Below, piece by piece: positions 27,705 through 36,894 of a stretch of DNA of 64,000 nt. Under the pieces are notes generated by a model. That model was given only the letters and a program-made list of their open reading frames with translations, was not told the DNA's origin and did not search any database. The stretch lies in NCBI GenBank assembly GCA_031414935.1, contig JANOQR010000142.1, positions 15,638 to 79,637 on the forward strand, given 5' to 3'. Position numbers and translations under genes: made by a program. Within the stretch, counting starts at the first letter, position 1, and every line of letters starts with the position of its first letter. The stretch comes from Luteolibacter sp. (GTDB lineage Bacteria; Verrucomicrobiota; Verrucomicrobiia; Verrucomicrobiales; Akkermansiaceae).

Positions 27705-29114
27705 TTATATTTGATCATTCTCCAGGTGGTTTTTAGCGAGTGGCGTCGGCTGACGGTTGCGAATGCTCATGCGCCACTTCATGTTTTCCTCAGCTTGATT
27801 CAGCTCTTCGTCTTCGAGGAAATCTTCAGGTTCCGCAAATTCAACAGCATCCTTTTGCATAAACCAGACGGTATAAACTGAACTAATGACTGCGACGTTT
27901 AGCCACAGAAAGACAACTGACTGATCGAAGTATGCAACCGAGATACTGGTGACCGCATGTGAGAAAAGAGATGCGCCGAAACACCAGAGAATGAAAGCAT
28001 GGTCAGGGCGTGTGTCTTCCATGGTGTCGATGACTTTCCCGACGCACCTGAATGCCACATAGAATGACGCGATGATGAGCATCATACCGAGAAATCCACT
28101 ACCGACGGCGATTCCAATGTAGTGATTTGTAATGTCGGTATGAGTCAGCGAAGCTGCAACTCCTTGGTCCTTCATCCAGTGGCGTGTGTAATCCGTTCCG
28201 AACAACCACCACTCGGAAAAATGTTTTAATGTCTGCTCGATGAGCATGGATCGATGGAACCCGGTGCTTCCACCGGAGATGTCGATTCTGGCGATGAGGT
28301 AGTAAGGCGGTTGCTGCATCACCAGCATCAGCATGAAGTAGATCACCAAAAAACCTTTTCGCGCCATTCCTGTGAGATACTTAAACTTCCACATGACGAC
28401 GGCAAAAACTGACGCCATTAAGCTCATTACGGGGCCACTCGAAGCACTGGCGAAGACCATGGCTAGTCCTGCGAGGATGCCGATGATGGCGAGATTTCGG
28501 TAGCGATGGTAGATGCCGATGAATAGCGGAATACACGTTGCGCCTACCGTTCCTGCGAGGATGGGATGCATAAACGGACCTTGTGCGCGGATCTTGCCTT
28601 CGCGGATGAGAGAGTTTTCTGGGACGCCTCCGAAGACAGAGAACATGTTTCTTGCAGTGAGTTTTTCCATACACATTTCCAGCGCGATGGGAACTAGGAT
28701 GACGGCTACCAGCTTGATGAGATCTGCCATGTCATCAATGTCGTTGCACCAGACGCGGACGAGGAAATAGAAGACCAGTGTATTATAGATTACCCCACAA
28801 ACATAAGTCGTGCCTGCATCGAGTTTCGGATCATGGAAGAAGCTAGAGATGAAATACCAGATTGCCCAGCCGATGAGCAATTTATCAACGAGGTTCATGC
28901 CGCCAGCGATGCGCTCACCTTTAACAATGACGCGCACGAGGCCGATGAGCATCAGTAGTCTGAAAATCGGTAAATTGACCGGTCCGAGTTCGAGTCCTTG
29001 GCTAGTGGTCGTGAAACAACAACCCGCTAAAAATGCAGCTAAAGCCCAGCGCTGGGGCATGGTCCATATCAATGAACCGAGGACTAAAAGTAAAACTGCG
29101 GCGAAGGGATTCAT
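27705..29114 (-). CDS. O-antigen polymerase/ligase-like polytopic membrane protein
   Basis: 469 aa with about 10-12 hydrophobic segments, embedded between glycan-modifying genes. The Wzy/WaaL-type assignment rests on topology and context only. Confidence 0.6.
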   Translation of the reverse strand: MNPFAAVLLLVLGSLIWTMPQRWALAAFLAGCCFTTTSQGLELGPVNLPIFRLLMLIGLVRVIVKGERIAGGMNLVDKLLIGWAIWYFISSFFHDPKLDAGTTYVCGVIYNTLVFYFLVRVWCNDIDDMADLIKLVAVILVPIALEMCMEKLTARNMFSVFGGVPENSLIREGKIRAQGPFMHPILAGTVGATCIPLFIGIYHRYRNLAIIGILAGLAMVFASASSGPVMSLMASVFAVVMWKFKYLTGMARKGFLVIYFMLMLVMQQPPYYLIARIDISGGSTGFHRSMLIEQTLKHFSEWWLFGTDYTRHWMKDQGVAASLTHTDITNHYIGIAVGSGFLGMMLIIASFYVAFRCVGKVIDTMEDTRPDHAFILWCFGASLFSHAVTSISVAYFDQSVVFLWLNVAVISSVYTVWFMQKDAVEFAEPEDFLEDEELNQAEENMKWRMSIRNRQPTPLAKNHLENDQI

Positions 29115-30071
29115 CTATGACTCTATTTTCATCCCCAACGATTTCACTAAGCTGGCTAGACCTTCGGTATAGTAACGAAATCTCACTCTGGGAATCCCTA
29201 CATAGTGGCGTAGAGTCTGTTGGTGAGTTGTTTTACCCGCACTGTTTGAATAGTGATCTGGCAGCGGTCTTGAGCCGGGCAAACCACTCGCGATGATGGC
29301 ATAGTAAGTTTGGCAGGACCAGAAGTGACCCACCGAAAGCCTTGGGTCTGCATCAATCCGTTTCATCTGCTCATCCAGTGCGAGAAAGTCATCCATGCTC
29401 AGGCGCGGACTCACGAGAAATCCTGCACAGAGCCGAGAAACCATTTCCAGTCCCGTCACTTCACGCAGCACTTCGTTTGAGCCCGAGTAGGCATTTCTCA
29501 AATCAAGACACCAACGAAACTCACGCTTGGATTTCGTGAGTGCCTCGATCACTTCCATCGGCGGCTGGAAGGTGAGCACGTCGGAATCGAGGATCAGTAG
29601 ATTCGGTGCGTCGCCGTAGAAATGAACATCCACGAGTTGCGCGCTGGCCCAGTTCGTACACCGCCACGGGTAGAGATGGGTGGTTTTCGCGGCGAGTGCC
29701 TGTTCGATTTTCTGGTCGCTGTCCTGTCGGTTGATGAAGACGACTTCGCCGATGATGCCTTGCCAAAATTTCTCGTCCTCTGCGGTGAGCGAGCCGTCCG
29801 AGTGGACATAGAGCCGAGCCTCGCCCGCCATGAATCGCATGATGCTCCAGCTCGCCCAAATGCCCATATCGACATCCCGATGGCCGCAGAGCATGTGAAG
29901 CTCGCAGCGGTTTTCCACGAATGGCGGCAGCGGCGGAAGTTTTTCTAGCAGTGGTCGAAATTTCGCCCGCTGCGTGGGAATTTCCTTCACCCGCTGCCGG
30001 TACGGCCATTCATCGACGACCTTGCACTTGATCGAACCCAGTTTCTGCCGGATGGAATTTAGGATCGTCAT
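29115..30071 (-). CDS. Hypothetical protein, possible GT-A-like glycosyltransferase (ILDSDV DxD motif)
   Basis: 318-aa ORF abutting the polymerase gene (29114/29115). LLILDSDVL resembles a DxD nucleotide-sugar site, otherwise unrecognised. Confidence 0.5.
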   Translation of the reverse strand: MTILNSIRQKLGSIKCKVVDEWPYRQRVKEIPTQRAKFRPLLEKLPPLPPFVENRCELHMLCGHRDVDMGIWASWSIMRFMAGEARLYVHSDGSLTAEDEKFWQGIIGEVVFINRQDSDQKIEQALAAKTTHLYPWRCTNWASAQLVDVHFYGDAPNLLILDSDVLTFQPPMEVIEALTKSKREFRWCLDLRNAYSGSNEVLREVTGLEMVSRLCAGFLVSPRLSMDDFLALDEQMKRIDADPRLSVGHFWSCQTYYAIIASGLPGSRPLPDHYSNSAGKTTHQQTLRHYVGIPRVRFRYYTEGLASLVKSLGMKIES

Positions 30072-30272
30072 GGGGTGGGGAGGGGAAGAAACTGAAGGAG
30101 ATTCCCCAGCCCAGAATCACAGGCAAGGAATCAAGCAGCGGGGGAGAATCCGAGACCCACCCACCCCGGTCCGCAGGAGCGAAGACGTGGAATCGGCAGA
30201 TTTCTTGAGCGTGAGGGTAACTTTCTCGTCCGCTTTGCCAAGGCGGATTTCCCTACGCGATTTCGTAGGACA

Positions 30273-31634
30273 TCACTGGTCGAGGTCCACTTTCTGCGAA
30301 GCAGGAGGCAGCGGGACACCGGCTTGGGTGGCCCAGGCTTGGGCGGCGGCGGGGTCTTGTTTGGTCCAGAGTTTGAGGAAACGAGTTTGGCTACGATTGC
30401 GGAGTTCGGGGTCGGTGATTTTTGAGGAAATGGCGAGTGCTTCGGCGGGCTGGGACTCGATCATTGACTCGCCCGCGATGCTGCGGATGCGGTCGGAGTT
30501 GGCGTCTTGCGGATTTGCATCCAGCCAACGAGTGAGATCGGCGGGCGAGGACTCGGCCCAGGCGCGGGCGACTTCATCGACGGCGGCAGATTTTTCCAAA
30601 GCTCCGGGCAGCGTGAGTGCCCAGGCGAGGGCGTTTTCTGGCTCGGCTCCGGCCCAAGTGGCTGCGATTTCGGGGATGGCTTCGGCGCGGGTTTCGCCTT
30701 CAGGGTAGCCAGCGGCCCACTCGGCGGCGACTTTGGGTTCTTGGTCGGCCCAGAGGGAAAGCAGGACGGAGGCCGTTTCGTCGCGAAGTTCTGGGCGGAG
30801 ATTCATGACCCAGTCGGCGGCTGCTAGAGGGTCTTGAGATGCCCAAGTGCCGATGAGCGAGGAGGCGACTTCCGAGGCTTCCGGGCCGCTGAGTCGGGTG
30901 GAAACCCAGTTGGCCGCATCGGCGGGCGAATGGGCGCACCAATCGGCAGCGAGCGAGGCGAAAGCGGAGGCTTTCAGGTCGGCGTTTTCAAAAGTGTCGA
31001 TCCACCCGGCGGCGGCCTGCGGATCGGTCGTCGCCCAGGTGCCGATGACGGCGATGGTAGCAGACTCAGATAAAATTCCGTTAGGCAAACTGGAGACCCA
31101 CTCGGCGGCGGCGACCGGATTGGAAGCCGCCCACTCGCCGGCGATGACGGCGTTGCACTCGCCAGCGGTGGGGCCTTTTAAATTGGCTTCAGCCCATTTC
31201 GCCGCCGCGACGGGATCTTTGGAAGACCAACCGAGGAAACAAGCTCCGTATGCCTCGGTCTTGAGTTCGCCCGCCGGAAGCGTGCTGACCATATCGAGCG
31301 CGGCCTTGGGATCGGACTTCGCCCATTGCTCTAGCAGGGCGGTGAGGGATTCGCTGCGTTCAGAGAGATTTGACAGGGCGAGTGCTTGCTTCCATGCCTT
31401 GCGTGGATCGGATGAAATGGGCTGGCTGCTTTTTCCCGAAACGCGATCTCTGGCAGATTTGTCCGAGCTGGAGGCAGATCGGCGACTGCTCGATTTCCCG
31501 ACGACGGTGGACTCGGCGGCGGCTGGCTCGGCGACGCGATCTGATTTCAGCAGCCACGCCGTCTGGGTGATGCCGCCGCCCAGCAACACTCCCAAAGTGA
31601 GAAGCACGAGCGGGTTGATAGAGGAAATTTTCAT
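30273..31634 (-). CDS. Exported alpha-helical repeat protein (10 copies of W-x3-[DNSE]-P-x2-A-x2-W)
   Basis: Start re-set to MKISSINPLVLLTLGVLLGGG (ATG 31634). Repeats include WSSKDPVAAAKW, WAASNPVAAAEW, WATTDPQAAAGW, WASQDPLAAADW, WADQEPKVAAEW and WTKQDPAAAQAW, spaced about 36 aa apart. Confidence 0.7.
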   Translation of the reverse strand: MKISSINPLVLLTLGVLLGGGITQTAWLLKSDRVAEPAAAESTVVGKSSSRRSASSSDKSARDRVSGKSSQPISSDPRKAWKQALALSNLSERSESLTALLEQWAKSDPKAALDMVSTLPAGELKTEAYGACFLGWSSKDPVAAAKWAEANLKGPTAGECNAVIAGEWAASNPVAAAEWVSSLPNGILSESATIAVIGTWATTDPQAAAGWIDTFENADLKASAFASLAADWCAHSPADAANWVSTRLSGPEASEVASSLIGTWASQDPLAAADWVMNLRPELRDETASVLLSLWADQEPKVAAEWAAGYPEGETRAEAIPEIAATWAGAEPENALAWALTLPGALEKSAAVDEVARAWAESSPADLTRWLDANPQDANSDRIRSIAGESMIESQPAEALAISSKITDPELRNRSQTRFLKLWTKQDPAAAQAWATQAGVPLPPASQKVDLDQ

Positions 31635-31895
31635 TTGCAGTGATCTTGGTGACGGACGCCACGCCTGCAAGGCAAGAGTCTTGCAGGCGTGCGGCTTGCT
31701 GCCGCTTTCCGTAGCCAGCCGGCTGGCACGGGCCAGCTTCCTCAAGGACCAAACATGCCCTCACAGATCAAGCCCTTCGTGCAGCAATGGCGACCGCTTT
31801 TCGGAATACAAAAACGGCCTAGCAGATGAGCGCGGGGATTATTTCCTCCACCTTGAGCTGAGGCTGAATAAGCAGAGGCCAGCATGAAAGTTAGA

Positions 31896-32375
31896 TCACT
31901 TTTCGAATACGTATGATATCACGCTCGCAGTGCTCTTCGTCCCGTTGATGTTAAAGGTGCTGAAGCTGGCAGTCGCTTCGGTGACCTGTGAGGTGGTTCC
32001 GTCCTGAAATACGTAGCCTAAAGCGGAGCGCGGATTTTTTGCAGTCGGGATATTAGCGTATTGGATAGAACCTGCTGAAGCAGAGAGAAACTTAATTACG
32101 AAACCCTTGGTTTTGGGAACGGTGAGTTCGCCTTTTTTACCAACCACAAATTTTACTTTAGCACCCTTGTTCAAGCTGGGAGCACCGCTTGGCACTGTCT
32201 TTGGTTTCGTAACCTTCCCGAAAGCATCAGTCGTGATGATTTCACGATTCTTGACGATGAGCGAAAACTCAGTGCCTGGAGCTAGGCCGAATTTATTTGC
32301 GGCAGGTTCTGCCAAAAGAGTGGCTGGGATGAGGAGTGTGCTGATTGCGATGATCTGGCCGAGGAGTAGTTTCAT
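31896..32375 (-). CDS. Small secreted hypothetical protein
   Basis: 159 aa. Signal peptide MKLLLGQIIAISTLLIPATLLA, and more AT-rich than its neighbours. Confidence 0.6.
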   Translation of the reverse strand: MKLLLGQIIAISTLLIPATLLAEPAANKFGLAPGTEFSLIVKNREIITTDAFGKVTKPKTVPSGAPSLNKGAKVKFVVGKKGELTVPKTKGFVIKFLSASAGSIQYANIPTAKNPRSALGYVFQDGTTSQVTEATASFSTFNINGTKSTASVISYVFEK

Positions 32376-32480
32376 GATTTAAGGTGTTCATTCTGAACGT
32401 TTTCGGGATGACACGGGTGTGATCCAGTCGCAAGCGTGATTTCTGGTGATACACGCCAACACGGCCAGAAAGTTCAGGAT

Positions 32481-33221
32481 TCACTCAAAACTATATCGCC
32501 CATCGACGACCGACACATCCGGCGGAACGCGGGTTTTCTCGAAGTGGTCGTAGCCTTGTTTGAGGTTTGCCCAGAACTCGTTGTTAGGATCGGCAGTGGT
32601 TTTCAGCATCCGTTCCTCCGTCATGCGGAAGGGGAAAATGTGGACTCGAAAGAACGGCTGGCCGCTTCGGTGTGCGGCATCGCAGAGGGTGTAAATTTCC
32701 TCGATCTTCTCGTCGGTCATCGCGAGGCAGCCGATGGAAATACTGTTGCCGTGGACCATGATGAAGGAGCCGCTGCGGTTGTGGATACGGTCGTATTCGT
32801 TAGGGAAACCGATATTGAAGGCGAGGTGATATTGGCTGTCTGGTTTCATCGCGCTGGGCGGGACGAAGTAGAATCCTTCAGGGACTTGCAGGTCGCCCTC
32901 TGCGAGCTTGGGACCGATGATGCCCGATGCACCAGCGACGGGATAGGCGCGAAATAAGTCGAACTTGCCGGTCGCGCGATTGCGGATGTGGAGTTCCAGC
33001 TGATTTTCCTCTTTGAAAGCGCGGATGAAAACTGGATCGCCGAAGTGTAGGCTGACGGCGGATAGATCGCGTTCGAGAGCGGGACGGACTCTTTCCGCTA
33101 CGGCAGCCACACGAGCACGGCCAGATAGAGATTGGTTCATGGCAGTGGCGGTGTTTTTGTTTTCCTCGCACGAGGCAAGCGAACCCAAACTGATGAGGGA
33201 AATGACGGCGAACGGTTTCAT
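32481..33221 (-). CDS. L,D-transpeptidase (YkuD-fold) lipoprotein
   Basis: Lipobox LISLGSLASC after ATG 33221. Catalytic His/Cys motif HGNSISIGCLAMTD. Confidence 0.75.
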   Translation of the reverse strand: MKPFAVISLISLGSLASCEENKNTATAMNQSLSGRARVAAVAERVRPALERDLSAVSLHFGDPVFIRAFKEENQLELHIRNRATGKFDLFRAYPVAGASGIIGPKLAEGDLQVPEGFYFVPPSAMKPDSQYHLAFNIGFPNEYDRIHNRSGSFIMVHGNSISIGCLAMTDEKIEEIYTLCDAAHRSGQPFFRVHIFPFRMTEERMLKTTADPNNEFWANLKQGYDHFEKTRVPPDVSVVDGRYSFE

Positions 33222-33292
33222 CGTGGGCTGGTTACGAGGTTTGTCCAATCGCTGAGATTGGCAAGTCTGCGCTGGCGTGGCAAGTTCTGTGC

Positions 33293-34888
33293 ATGACGCT
33301 CAAGCCGCTGGGCGATGCCGCATGGTTGATGGAGTTTCTCGATCTCACGGGTGAAGCTGCGCTGGCGCGGGTGAGTGGATGGACGGCGGCTTTGAAATCT
33401 AACCGGCCTGCCGGGATCATGGATATCGTGTCTTCGTTCGACTCGCTGGCCGTGCATTATCAGGATGTAAATGGAGCGGTGGTGCGGGAGTGGATCGAGT
33501 CCGTCACGGTGAGCGATGAATTTCTAGCAGGCGAGGAAAAGCAGATCGCGGTGTGCTACGGCGGCGATTGCGGGCCAGATCTGGAGGCGGTCGCAACGCG
33601 GGTAGGACTGACGCCGGATGAGGTGATCGCGCTGCACAGTGGAGCGACTTACACAGTGGCGGCAGTGGGATTTTCGCCGGGGTTTCCTTATTTGTTAGGG
33701 CTGCCAGAACGCTTGCGGATTCCACGGCGCGAGACGCCGAGATTGGCAGTCGAGGCGGGATCGGTAGCAATCGCGGGCGGACAGTCGGGGATTTATCCGA
33801 ATGCCTCGCCCGGCGGCTGGCATGTGTTAGGTCGGACGACGGAAACGCTGTTTGATCCATTTTCTAAACAGCCGTCTCTACTATCACCGGGAGATCGGGT
33901 GCGCTTTTTACCACTGGAAACGTTGGTGACAGAGGTGAGGAAAATTTCTCCAAGGGTCGAATTCACTAGCTCGCGTTGGATCGAGGTGATCGAGCCGGGC
34001 GGTATGACGACGGTGCAAGATCTCGGTCGGTGTGGCGATGAATCGGTAGGCGTTTCTCCGGGCGGCGCAGTGGATCGCGATGCGCTGCGGATGGCGAATG
34101 CGTTAGTCGGGAATGACGAAGGAGCGGCAGCACTCGAACTCTGCGTGCGCGGGCCGGTGTTGAAATTTCACGGTGCCGCCACCGTCGCGCTGATGGCAGC
34201 GACAGGAAAATCACGGTGCATCAGCGATGGGGAAACGGTGGATTTCTCGAAGCTATCTGGAAGCGTGCGTGCTTACTTAGCCGTTGCTGGCGGGATCGCA
34301 GTGCCGCAAGTCTTAGGCAGCGCGGCGACTGACTTGCGAGCTGGATTCGGCGGCTGCGAGGGGCGTGCGTTGCGAGCAGGCGATCAGTTGGGAGTCGGCG
34401 AAGCGGGCCGAGTTCCTCGCGGCGGTGACTGGCATCTGGGGCGAGCGAATCAGCGGCGGGTGACGGAAATCGAGCTGAGATTCATCTGCGGCGTACAGCA
34501 GGATTGGTTCTCTGATGAGGCTTTGAGGAAATTTCAGGAAACGCACTATCAACTCACGCCTCAGTGCGACCGGATGGGCGCACGACTCACGGGAGCGTCT
34601 CTGGAACTCGCCGAACCACGCGAGATGGTTTCTCAACCCGTGGCCTGTGGCTCCGTGCAAGTGCCGCCGGATGGCCAGCCGATCATCTTGTTAGCCGAGC
34701 GGCAGACGATAGGCGGCTACCCACAAATCGGCCATGTGATTTCCGTGGATTTGCCAAAGCTCGCCCGCGCATGGCCGGGGACGTTGGTGAAATTCCGCGA
34801 AGTAACATTGGAGGAAGCATGGCGTCTTCGTGACGCTAGAGAGCGAGATTTCGCGTGGTTGCGGTGCGGACTGGATTTGCTAACTTGA
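33293..34888 (+). CDS. pxpBC: Fused 5-oxoprolinase subunits PxpB-PxpC (KipI/KipA-like carboxyltransferase domains)
   Basis: 531 aa. The N-terminal half resembles PxpB (LKPLGDAAWLMEF..., GFSPGFPYL). The C-terminal half resembles PxpC (IEPGGMTTVQDLGR, GGYPQIG). pxpA lies immediately downstream. Confidence 0.8.
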   Translation: MTLKPLGDAAWLMEFLDLTGEAALARVSGWTAALKSNRPAGIMDIVSSFDSLAVHYQDVNGAVVREWIESVTVSDEFLAGEEKQIAVCYGGDCGPDLEAVATRVGLTPDEVIALHSGATYTVAAVGFSPGFPYLLGLPERLRIPRRETPRLAVEAGSVAIAGGQSGIYPNASPGGWHVLGRTTETLFDPFSKQPSLLSPGDRVRFLPLETLVTEVRKISPRVEFTSSRWIEVIEPGGMTTVQDLGRCGDESVGVSPGGAVDRDALRMANALVGNDEGAAALELCVRGPVLKFHGAATVALMAATGKSRCISDGETVDFSKLSGSVRAYLAVAGGIAVPQVLGSAATDLRAGFGGCEGRALRAGDQLGVGEAGRVPRGGDWHLGRANQRRVTEIELRFICGVQQDWFSDEALRKFQETHYQLTPQCDRMGARLTGASLELAEPREMVSQPVACGSVQVPPDGQPIILLAERQTIGGYPQIGHVISVDLPKLARAWPGTLVKFREVTLEEAWRLRDARERDFAWLRCGLDLLT

Positions 34889-34893
34889 ATGCC

Positions 34894-35598
34894 ATGCGAT
34901 TTATCGACTTAAACGCGGATCTCGGCGAAGGCGGCAGCGAAGACGCGGCTTTATTGAGCCTTGTTAGTTCCGCAAACATTGCTTGTGGCGGTCACGCGGG
35001 TGATGAGGAAACCATGCGCCGCACGATTGATCTGGCGATGGCGTCCGGCGTGGCCATCGGCGCGCATCCGGGCTATGAAGACCGTGAACATTTCGGGCGG
35101 CGGGCGATGGCGTTTCCGTTGGAAAAAGTCACCGAGCTGGTGGCGCGACAGGTTGATAAACTCGCCATCCTCGCGGAAGCCGCCGGGACGAAACTTCATC
35201 ATGTGAAGCCCCACGGCGCACTCTACAATCAGGCGGACCGCGATGTGCAGTTCGCCGCTGCCGTGGTTGCTGGAATCACGAAAATTTCCTCAGCAGTGAT
35301 GCTCTACGCGCTTCCGAATAGCCGCCTCGCCGAAGCGGGAACAGCCGCCGGCCTCACGATTTGCCGAGAAGGTTTCGCGGATCGGCGTTATTTGAAAAAC
35401 GGCTCGCTAATGCCGAGAAACGAACCCGGCGCGGTGATCACGAACGTCGATGAAGCCGTCGCCCGTGCGATGGATCTGGCAAAGTCTGAAACCATCGAAA
35501 CCCTCTGCGTCCACGGCGACGGCCCGACGGCGGTGGCGATTTTGCGAAAGCTGAGAAAAGCTTTGGAAGCGGATGGGCTAACGATTGACTCGAGGTAG
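34894..35598 (+). CDS. pxpA: 5-oxoprolinase subunit A (LamB/YcsF family)
   Basis: Start re-set to ATG 34894 (MRFIDLNADLGEG). ACGGHAGD and VKPHGALYN motifs are present. Confidence 0.85.
   Translation: MRFIDLNADLGEGGSEDAALLSLVSSANIACGGHAGDEETMRRTIDLAMASGVAIGAHPGYEDREHFGRRAMAFPLEKVTELVARQVDKLAILAEAAGTKLHHVKPHGALYNQADRDVQFAAAVVAGITKISSAVMLYALPNSRLAEAGTAAGLTICREGFADRRYLKNGSLMPRNEPGAVITNVDEAVARAMDLAKSETIETLCVHGDGPTAVAILRKLRKALEADGLTIDSR
35391..35580 (+). repeat. Left copy of a 190-nt direct repeat (functional 3' end of pxpA)
   Basis: Aligns by eye with 37754..37943 at roughly 90% identity, with most differences at third codon positions. Confidence 0.85.
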
Positions 35599-35644
35599 TC
35601 CTCGGACGGGACAGATTTCTGGCGCGACTTGTTGGGTGTTCTTT

Positions 35645-35914
35645 TCATCTGAAAAGGTCGCTGTGGCTGCCGGTTCTCTCAAGGTATAGACTTTCCCCAT
35701 CCGCTCGATAGATCAGAATCCAGTCCGGCTCGATATGGCAGTCCCGTGATCCCGACCACTTCCCACTCAGCGCATGGTCGTGATGACGTTCCTCCAACGC
35801 CTCACCTTTGGCGATGGAACTGACGACCTCCTTGAGCTTACTCAGATCTTTGCCGCGCTTTCTGATCCGCTTGAAATCCCTCTTGAATTGGCTGGTCTGA
35901 AAAATGGCTTTCAT
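35645..35914 (-). CDS. yafQ: YafQ/RelE-family type II toxin (mRNA interferase)
   Basis: 89 aa. FKRDFKRIRKRGKD...HHDHALSGKWSGSRDCHIEPDWILIYR...LERTGSHSDLF matches the YafQ pattern. 4-nt overlap with the upstream antitoxin. Confidence 0.85.
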   Translation of the reverse strand: MKAIFQTSQFKRDFKRIRKRGKDLSKLKEVVSSIAKGEALEERHHDHALSGKWSGSRDCHIEPDWILIYRADGESLYLERTGSHSDLFR

Positions 35915-36168
35915 GCATTCCAGCTCTCAAAAAGCTCATCGGTAGAGTCAAATCGTTCCAGATTATGGCCATTCCTCGAGTCCTCCAGAGCCTTAATCGT
36001 CTCTTCATTCGGAATCGCTACATCGAACGGCAGTCCGTTCCGCAAAGTGATCTGCGTGTAAAACATCCGAATCGCCTCGGTCGGACTCAAGCCTAGGCGT
36101 TGGAGTATCCCCTCAGCCTTCTCCTTGATCTCAGGCTGAATCCTACTGTGAACTGCTGCGGTCTTCAT
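35911..36168 (-). CDS. dinJ: DinJ/RelB-family antitoxin
   Basis: Start re-set to MKTAAVHSRIQPEIKEKAEGILQRLGLSPTEAIRMFYTQI (ribbon-helix-helix DinJ pattern). The track ORF extends to 36231. Confidence 0.8.
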   Translation of the reverse strand: MKTAAVHSRIQPEIKEKAEGILQRLGLSPTEAIRMFYTQITLRNGLPFDVAIPNEETIKALEDSRNGHNLERFDSTDELFESWNA

Positions 36169-36654
36169 TGTTGAAGCGTGTTGCATGTGCAACACGCGAG
36201 CAAGGGTAATTTTTGATCCAACGTAGCCCATCCACCACTACCAGCGAGGGCGAGGGCCACCCATGGGGTTGAGGCTGTAATTGCGGAAAGGCATCAAAAC
36301 TGGGCGGTTGGCAGGGGGTGCTCTGGCGCTTGTTTTGTGATTCTTTGTTCCTCGGGGAGCTGACCAGACACGATTCCATGAGAGAGAAACATCGCATAGG
36401 GCGCATCGAATCGCGCCCTGAGCTTTCGGAGTAAGCGTCGCCGCCTCAATGCCAGGGCGAAGTATCCAAGCAGCCCCTTCGGATGGCAAAAATACCCAAT
36501 CCGCCCATAAAGCTTCGCCTCTTCACTTCGGAGTCTCGGCTGAGTTGCCGCCCTATATTCATCCCTCCCTTCAGCATGGACGCCACACGCCGTGCTCCTT
36601 CTTCTCGGCTTATTTGATGTGCTACTCATGATCTTGATGTCTGGAATTGAAGTA

Positions 36655-36764
36655 GGCTCCAGGTAGGAATCGAACCCACTGAACGGCAATAGCCGCCGAT
36701 TCCCTTTGATTCGAGGGAACTGCTGACGAAGATTGTCATGGCTGAACCGGTCGCCTCCTGGAGC
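36655..36764 (-). ncRNA. 110-nt tRNA-like element (class II-like, non-canonical; possible tRNA pseudogene)
   Basis: Minus strand: acceptor GCTCCAG pairs with CTGGAGC. D-arm-like GGC-GACCGGTTCA-GCC, long variable arm CGGCGGC-TATT-GCCGTT, and a perfect T-arm GTGGG-TTCGATT-CCTAC. Two hairpins (TGAC-AATCTTC-GTCA and TTCCCT-CGAATCAA-AGGGAA) sit where one anticodon arm is expected, and there is no CCA. Confidence 0.35.
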
Positions 36765-36894
36765 ATCTTATTTCTTTGCGAACGTCAAAAGCACTCGAAC
36801 GGGCGCGAATGAACGGAGGTTGAAGTGAGATTGAAAAGCTTATGGCCCGTTACGAGCCGCGAATTGTTCGGCGTCGTAGACGTTGGAGTGAAAA

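Noticed and set aside
30847-31887. 346-aa plus-strand ORF opposite the W-x3-DP repeat protein gene
   Set aside because: It is an antisense shadow. The Ser/Ala-rich product has no structure, whereas the minus frame shows ten regular repeats and a signal peptide.
36294-36689. 131-aa minus-strand ORF overlapping the tRNA-like element
   Set aside because: The product is Arg-rich and low-complexity with no recognisable domain, and it reads through the structured tRNA-like sequence. I looked for tyrosine-recombinase motifs here and found none.
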